Origin: the human T2T-CHM13v2.0 reference genome, Homo sapiens | Reading direction: 5' to 3' (one strand) | Assembly: GCF_009914755.1 (NCBI RefSeq) | Contig: NC_060929.1 | Length of the DNA: 64,000 bases | In this document: positions 1-64,000 of the stretch, one piece after another | How the letters are laid out: the number at the start of each line of letters is the position of its first letter | How positions within the stretch are numbered: the first letter of the stretch is position 1 | Notes under the pieces: model-generated | Database searches by the model: none | What the model was told of the DNA's origin: nothing | What the model saw: the letters and a program-made list of their open reading frames with translations, nothing else | Program-made: the position numbers and the translations under genes

Positions 1-164
1 ATTATTTTGTTACAAAGTATATTTTGTAAATAAAGGGCAGGATAAATTTTTCTCTTTTAATGACAAAGCTTTATTGAAATATAACAGAGGCTTAATCACA
101 TCATATACCATGCTCATGAATTGGAAATTTCAATATTATTAAGGACAGGGTTCCCCGGATTGAG

Positions 165-191
165 ATATATATATATATATGTGTGTGTGTG

Positions 192-224
<33 letters not shown>

Positions 225-225
225 T

Positions 226-273
<48 letters not shown>
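165..273. repeat. Compound (TA)n(TG)n(TA)n microsatellite
   Basis: Directly visible. Confidence 0.97.
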
Positions 274-274
<1 letters not shown>

Positions 275-275
275 A

Positions 276-1210
276 AATTAAATTTAAAGTTCCAGGATAC
301 ATGTGCAGGATGTGCAGGTTTGTTACATAGGTAAACGTGTGCCACGGTGGTTTGCTGCACCTGTCAACCCATCATCTAGATATTAAGCCCCACATGCATT
401 ATTTATCCTGATGCTCTCCCCTCACCACCACCCCCCCACCCCAGCAGGCCCCAGTGTGTCTGGTTCCCCTCCCTGTGTCCACGTGTTCTCATTGTTCACC
501 TCCCACTTATTTTAAGTGAGAACATGAGGTGTTTGGTTTTCTGTTCTTGCATTAGTTTGCTGAGAATAATGGCTTTTAGCCTCATCCATGTACCTGCAAA
601 GGACATGATATTGTTCCTTTTTATGACCACATAGTATTCTATGGTGTTATATATACCACATTTTCTTTATCCAGTCTATCATTGATGGGCATTTGGGTTG
701 ATTCCATGTCTTTGCTATTGTGAACATACACATGCATGTATCTTTATAATAGAATGATTTCTATTCCTTTGGGTGTATACCAGTAATTGGATTTTGCTGT
801 GACAAATGGTATATCTGATTCTAGGTCTTTGAGGAATCGCTACACTGTCTTTGCATAGAAGTGTTCCTATTTCTCCACAGCCTCACCAGCATCTGTTGTT
901 TCTTGACTTTTTAATGATTGCCATTCTGACTGGCCTGAGATGGTATCTCATTGTGGTTTTAATTTGCATTTCTCTAATGATCAGTGATGTTGAGCCCTTT
1001 TATGTTCATTGGCCATATAAATGTCTTTTTTTTTTTTTCCTTTTTCTGGAGAATGGGGTCTCGCTATATTGCCCAGGCAGGTCTCGAACTCCTGGGCTCA
1101 AGCTATCCTCCTGCCTCTTGCCTCCCTGAGAGCTGGGATTACAGGTGTGAGCCACTGCGCCCGGCCACACATAAATGTCTTCTTTTGAAAAGTGCCTGTC
1201 ATGTCCTTGG
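276..1210 (-). mobile_element. Older L1PA 3' end fragment, interrupted by an Alu monomer at 1026-1167
   Basis: Reverse-complement L1 3' UTR (atacatgtgcaggatgtgcaggtttgttacatagg); monomer flanked by TSD ataaatgtct. Confidence 0.85.
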
Positions 1211-1678
1211 GTAGGATAAATTCTTGATTTTTTTCCTTTAATTGATCAATTCTCAGAATAATTGGTTAGTGCCCTGCTAACCCTCCAATGAGTGGTATGT
1301 TTTGTTTTTGTCTTTAGTATGATTTGATCTTTTGTTTTTTTTAAAAAAATCTATTTGATTTGTGTTTAGTCCTTCACAGTTTTCATTCATTTGATGCTCA
1401 CTTGTCCCATTTAAGCCAGTGCCCTTCAACTTGGCTTTTGTCCTTTTGATATTATCCCATTACTTATTGACAGATTCCTGTGAGGTTTCTCGGGCTTATT
1501 TGGTGGAGTTTCTGTTCCAGACCAGAGGTTCGTCTACTTTTTTCATCTTTTCATAAAACTAACTTTTAGTTTCTTGTGCCTCTGTCGTATGCTTTTTTTT
1601 TTTTTTTTTTTTTTGAATTTTTGCTCTTAGTTTATTAGTTTTCAGTCTTTCTTCTTTTGTAGTATAAGTGTCTAAGGT

Positions 1679-7603
<5,925 letters not shown>

Positions 7604-8118
7604 CTCCAGAGAAGTTTATAGAAAGAGATGACATGTAAACCCTGCTGAAAAATAGTTTCATTTGTTAGAATATAATTGTCTTCCACTAAAAAAAGAAAAA
7701 AAAAAGCATTTAAGGCTCTAAGTATCTCTTGAAGTACCACTTTTCCTGAATCCCAGAGTTTTTATGTGCATTATTTTTATGCGTTTGTAGTTTGATATGT
7801 TGTATTTATAAGTAGTTTTAGCTTTCCATTATGAATTCTTCTTTGACCCATGAGTTATTTAGGTAAGTGTTTAAAAATTTACAATAGTTTATATATGCAA
7901 ATATTATGTTGTTAGAGTTGGTTTTCATGTCATTTTTACATATACAGGGGCAGTTTCCCCAACTAAATTGTATATTCCTTAAAGCAGCACTCTTAAATTT
8001 TATTTCTGTGTCAATTTCTTGACTGTGTTTCCTGGCATGGAATACATGGCATAAAATTTGTTATGTAATTAAATGAAATATTATTATACTTTCTATTTTT
8101 TAGGCATACAAGAATTAA

Positions 8119-51375
<43,257 letters not shown>

Positions 51376-53120
51376 TGAAAGAATGTGCCATATTACATAT
51401 TGCAACCTAATTTGTTAAAACTAACTCCAGCACTAAAGCTGAAATGCCACAAACACTAAAAGTATAAATATGTCTGATTTTTGAAACACATAAGCTTTGC
51501 TCTTTAGGCAGGAATGATCTTTTCAAATCATTAGCACAATATTTAAATATCTAAAAATTTAAGAGATCCATACTTTCTGTAGCTTTACAATTAATTTAAG
51601 TACTAAAAAGACAAGGATTTCTTTTAAGAAATTTATAGCATTTACTGTGTTATTTAAATGCTAAGCCAAAGTATCTGCACTTAGGTATACCTCTTTATGC
51701 CAATAATGATTTTAATGAAGGCTCTTTTCAGATGTAACCTTATGAAGGAAATATCTGCTTTGTGTATATGCCAGTTAGAATACTGGTTTCTAAAGTCTGT
51801 CAAATTGTATTTCAGTGGCACAAAAACCAGTTTTGAGGTCTTAGACTTATAATTCTTTGAATAAAACTGATAACTTATTTGTATAATTGGAGTGGAGACC
51901 TACCTCCATAATTAGATAAACTCTTTTTGGATTATAATCAGAATTTTGCCTTTTTTCTTCTCAAATTATTACATATGTATGTATTATATATCCACATATA
52001 TAGTTTTCCCTGATTAAATGGATATTAAAATAATTGCGGGTGCTTCAGGACTTTTTGCTTCTATATTTAAGTATATTGTTTTTATAGCAAGAACATATTC
52101 TGAATGTTTTATAAATCTTTAATAATTTATATGTAGGTAATATTTTTGTATCACAATGCATTATTTTTTTCCTCCTTTCCTTCCAAACTATACCACTGTA
52201 TTTACCACTTCTAAGAGTGACTGACGACGGGCCAGATGACCCTTGAAGTAGTCATTATGTAGCAATAAATGAAGCCTGAAACAGGTTTTTTTACTTCCAC
52301 TTTAATCCTTAGAAATTTCTTGGCAACTTCGCATATTTTCATTGACACCGGTGTATAAGTATAAATTTAAATGAACTAATTACTTTTGCATATTTTAAAT
52401 TCTTTATATGGTAGTTATTTTTTATAACAGGATATTAACATAAGTTAAATCCTATGTATTTGAAATTGTTACAGAGCTTTCCTCTTTACTTCAAACAGCA
52501 AAAAAGTGGGGGGCATATTGTAGTCCTGTCATTTAAGTTATGTAAAAAATTTAATCATTATTTTGATGCTTTAAACATTCTCATGTGTAATATATGTTTT
52601 TGTATCAAAAACACTCATATATTTCAAGAAAAAGAAATTATGTTAAATAGCCCTGTTTTAAGAAAAATATTTATGAAGCATCTCAACTTGAAGATCAAGT
52701 CAAAGTTATAACTCAGGATCTGAGGTCTCAAGCTAGGAGAGACTGAGAATTTTAATCAGTTTGGGCATATAGTTTGGACTGAATCACATCTGTAGTACTT
52801 AGCCAAAGACAATTTGGAGGAGAATATCAGCCTTCTGGAAGTAGCTACTTCCTGAACAATGTAAAGTGTCGCAGATATTCAATAAAATGGCAACCTGTTA
52901 TAATTTGTGAAATTTATTGAAATGGTGTAAGATGAAAACAATTGCATATCAAACCCAATTTATGTTTTCTAAATATAGTGTATGTATTCTGCCATGTAAG
53001 TAATTGAACAGTCTTAAAATAACCAAATGGTAGAGGGCTGTTCCATGATGGGACAGCTTTGGATTTGTTTTCATAAAATCTCTACATTCAATAAAAATTG
53101 GAATTATGTGCCTGAAGTTT
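51376..53120 (+). terminator. ZFYVE16: ZFYVE16 AU-rich 3' UTR with tandem poly(A) signals
   Basis: AATAAA at 51860, 52264, 52881 and 53090; repeat-free AT-rich sequence; the actual 3' end cannot be read from sequence. Confidence 0.7.
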
Positions 53121-53589
53121 GGAGGCACATTTTGAAGTATTCTTTGTAGACATATAGTATGTTTCTGAATGTGTTTGTTACTTATTTGGTCATTGGTACT
53201 TAATTTGAAATTTTAATTTTTTAAGAGAAGAAATAGAATGGTTCTTTGTACTCAGTCTGCAATGATCTATTTTTGGCTTATGTCTTTTAATACTACTCTC
53301 TTTCTCTGAATTTTGAAATATGAAGTAAAATCTAGCCCATTTGTTTTATGCAGCTATTCAACAAACTTTGTGTGTTCGTATACTTGCTACATGCAGAGCA
53401 CTTTACCAGGTTTCTAAGCAAAAATTTCTAAAAATGATTAATTGTTCTGACAGAATTAGGCGTAGTTCTTTATCAACATTTATGGATTCCATGCCACAAG
53501 TAGTATGCGCTTAAGTGCAGAGCATGCCAAGAGAAAGAGTAGGATTTGGCCCTGTAGGAGCAAAGATTCAATTGTGGGAAACTACTTGT

Positions 53590-61085
<7,496 letters not shown>

Positions 61086-61389
61086 ATATTTTATCTGAAA
61101 GGCTGGGCAAGAATAGCTCCCCTTTGTATTACGTGTCAGGTGATGTTAGTTATCCTAACTCTACCACTGGCAGATTGAGTTTTTTGGTCACAGAAGCTGA
61201 AAATGGCAGAGCTTTGTTGTTAATTCTGATCACTAGTTTGGCTTCAAAAAGTAATGAGTTAAGGAGGGCTAGAAAGACAGTGGATGGGAGGACCCAGTTG
61301 CTGAGAGCGTTTTCTGAGTGAACACTGGTAGAGAGACAGAAGGGGAGAGAAAACTTCAAGTTATCAGCTCGGTAACTTTGTACAAAAAC

Positions 61390-61694
<305 letters not shown>

Positions 61695-61789
61695 AGAAAC
61701 ACTGATTTTTATCAGTAATGATTCCACACCCTTTTAGGATATTACTAACATTTAAAAGAAAATATACCCAACTGTTGAAATTCGTGCTC

Positions 61790-62660
61790 CACTCCAGCAA
61801 CTGCTTTCAATCGGAGTTCCATCCTCCGCCGCAGTATGCCCTAACGCAGCGTTATCTTCAGAGCTACCACCAGCTTCCGAAACCTTTCGGAGGAGCGCTT
61901 CGCCACCACCTGCACGGCGAAGCGGCGCGTAAACGAACCTCGAACGCCAGCCTTTGCGCCTGCGTGCCGCGGCTCCGTTTGGTTCCGCTTCGCTGGCGCC
62001 CGCCGGGCTCTTCCCCCGCCGAGGCCTGTGGTTTGTGGAGTCGAATTTCCCTGCCACCAGTGCCCGGTTAGCAGGGGCGCCAGCCTGGGCGCCTGCGCGG
62101 ACGGCGGGCGTCGTCACCATGGCAGCATCCGCTGGAGGCCCAGGTAAGCGCCGAGCGCGCGGCCTCTGCCTGGAGGTGGGGCGCTTTGAGAGGCTCCGCC
62201 GGCCGTACCCTCCCTTTGCGGGCTCCCGCGGTCTTCCTTGCTAGGGACCTGGGAGCGCGCCGCGCAGAACCGGGCGGCTGGGCTTGGAGCCCGCTCTGCA
62301 CTCGGGGCGCGCCCGCGATCGCCTGGCAAGGACCTTGGTTTGCCGGGTGGGCTCTAAGGCACAGGCGTTAGGGGAGGTCGAGAATGGCAGGGTCAGTGTC
62401 TTTTGAGGTCTGGGTTGGAAAGAAAGGAATGTGACGTTTCCCTAATCCTTAATTTCAGCCGACCGTATGGGGGCGGTCTGGGTCAGTAGGTTCCTCTTTG
62501 AAAGCTGGGGGAGGTTTGGGAATGCGGACTGGGCCGGGCCCGGCATAGTCCCGCTGCTGAGCGCGCTGCCTGGAAAGCTGGCAGAGTGTGCGGCTCGCTT
62601 GATTCCCCTTGGAATCAGGTGCTTCAACTCGCGGGACAGCAGTTCCGCTCTTGAAGGTTA
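61790..62660. promoter_or_regulatory. CpG island / promoter of FAM151B
   Basis: Sharp rise in GC and CpG content; NRF1-like GCGCCTGCGC at 62089-62098; no TATA box seen. Confidence 0.88.
62119..62143 (+). CDS. FAM151B: FAM151B first coding exon (MAASAGGP-G); rest of gene beyond the window
   Basis: Strong Kozak cACCATGG; donor CAG|gtaagc; peptide matches the FAM151B N-terminus as I recall it and its known position next to ZFYVE16. Confidence 0.85.
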
Positions 62661-63636
62661 CAGTATCTTTTCTGTAAACTTAAGTAGTGGCATGAGACAA
62701 CGTCAGTGACGCGTTCTTTCTTCAGTTTAGATTTTTTTCCCTAATTGTAAAAATAATACACGCTTTCACCATTCTGACTAGCAGGCTGTATAAATACAGG
62801 TTCTCTTCTGAATCGATGCACAGTTTACAGAATCTTGGAATAAAATGTGTGTGTAAGCGAAAAATGTCCAGGTCCTGATAAATGCCATTATAGAACATTT
62901 ATAAAGTATATTAGTATAGGGAAATAGGAAAAAAAAATCCCCCAAATGCTGATACCCACAGGCACCACTACTAACTTTTTGGTATTTTCTAACAACCCTG
63001 ACTCTTAAAAATAGAGTTAAGGTCATGGTAAACATAATTTTTAAAATCCTGCATCTTATACTATCCCATGTCACCAAGGTTTTTATAAACATAATTTTGA
63101 ATGACTGAAGTGTTTTATACAATTATATTGTATACAATTATATTGTAATTAACCAGTCTCCTAATGTTGAACGTTAATCAGTCGTTTCCTGTTTTGTTTT
63201 GTTTTGTTAGAATTCATTCTGTAATGAACATTTTTGCATTGTTCTTCCTCAGTTATGTTTTTGGTTTGTTTTTATCCTGGACACGATTCTTGTAACTGAA
63301 ATTACTGGATCAAAGGATGTGAACTTTTTTCTCTCTCTCTTTTTTAAGATCTGTGCTAAACCTCCGTAGAACATTTTTTCAGACCAGAGTTTTCCTTTTT
63401 TAACCCTTGTGCTCTTCTCAGTATAAATCCTTTTAATGCCTAGTTTTCCTAAGAATCCAAACAAATCTGGGACAAAGCTCACACTCAAGACTTACACCAT
63501 TCTCACTCACAGGCTGTATAAATCCAGATTCTCTTCTGAATCGATGCAAGGTTTACAAAATCTTGGAATAAAATGTGTGCACAAGTGAAAAATGTCCAAT
63601 TGCTGACAAATGCCATTTTTTAAAAAACAAATTTTT

Positions 63637-63937
63637 GGGCCGGGCGCGGTGACTCACGCCCGTAATCCCAGCACTTTGGGAGGCCGAGGTGGGCGGATCA
63701 CGAGGTCAGGAGATCAAGACCATCCTGGCTAACACAGTGAAACCTCGTCTCTACTAAAAATCCAAAATAATTAGCCGGGCGTGGTGGCGGCGCCTGTAGT
63801 CTCAACTACTAAGGAGGCTGAGGCAGCAGAATGGCGTGAACCCGGGAGGCGGAGCTTGCGGTGAGCAAAGATTGCGCCACTGCACTCCAGCCTGAGCAAC
63901 AGAGAGAAACTGTCTCAAAACAAAAACAAAAACAAAA
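63637..63937 (+). mobile_element. AluY/Sc-like
   Basis: Full dimer with (CAAAAA)n tail. Confidence 0.92.
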
Positions 63938-64000
63938 ATTTCTTCTCATTACCGAGTTATTGATAAAACTAATTCTTAACCAGATTCTTCCGTTATATGT

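Noticed and set aside
114-360. HT/CV-repeat ORFs (also 43752-44282)
   Set aside because: Translations of (TG)n/(TA)n microsatellites.
61718-62709. Overlapping ORFs on both strands in the GC-rich region
   Set aside because: Stop codons are rare in CpG islands; only ATG 62119 has a Kozak context and a donor.

Overview
Human (primate) genomic DNA, + strand. It holds the complete coding region of ZFYVE16 (endofin). I traced 17 coding exons by hand (8143..51375; all GT-AG, phases consistent, 4620 nt = 1539 aa + stop), including the FYVE finger and the KRVWF PP1-docking motif. After the 3' UTR comes a repeat-rich intergenic segment, then the CpG island and first coding exon of FAM151B (62119..62143). 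Introns carry about 30 Alus, a near full-length L1PA5-like element, a full THE1 provirus, a MER11-family solo LTR, DNA-transposon MITEs and old L1M/L2/MIR fragments. I see no RNA genes, CRISPR arrays or novel multi-gene system. The most notable structures are: (1) an L1 inserted from a spliced RNA (SpIRE 97/622-type junction), with an apparent 3' transduction, inside an Alu poly(A) tail; (2) a 42-44 bp intronic hairpin with an alternative pairing partner; (3) a ~280 bp inverted duplication around ~1.06 kb; (4) three local templated duplications (31, 31 and 123 nt); (5) three SINEs stacked in one target site. Repeat subfamily calls come from remembered consensus sequences and their boundaries are approximate.
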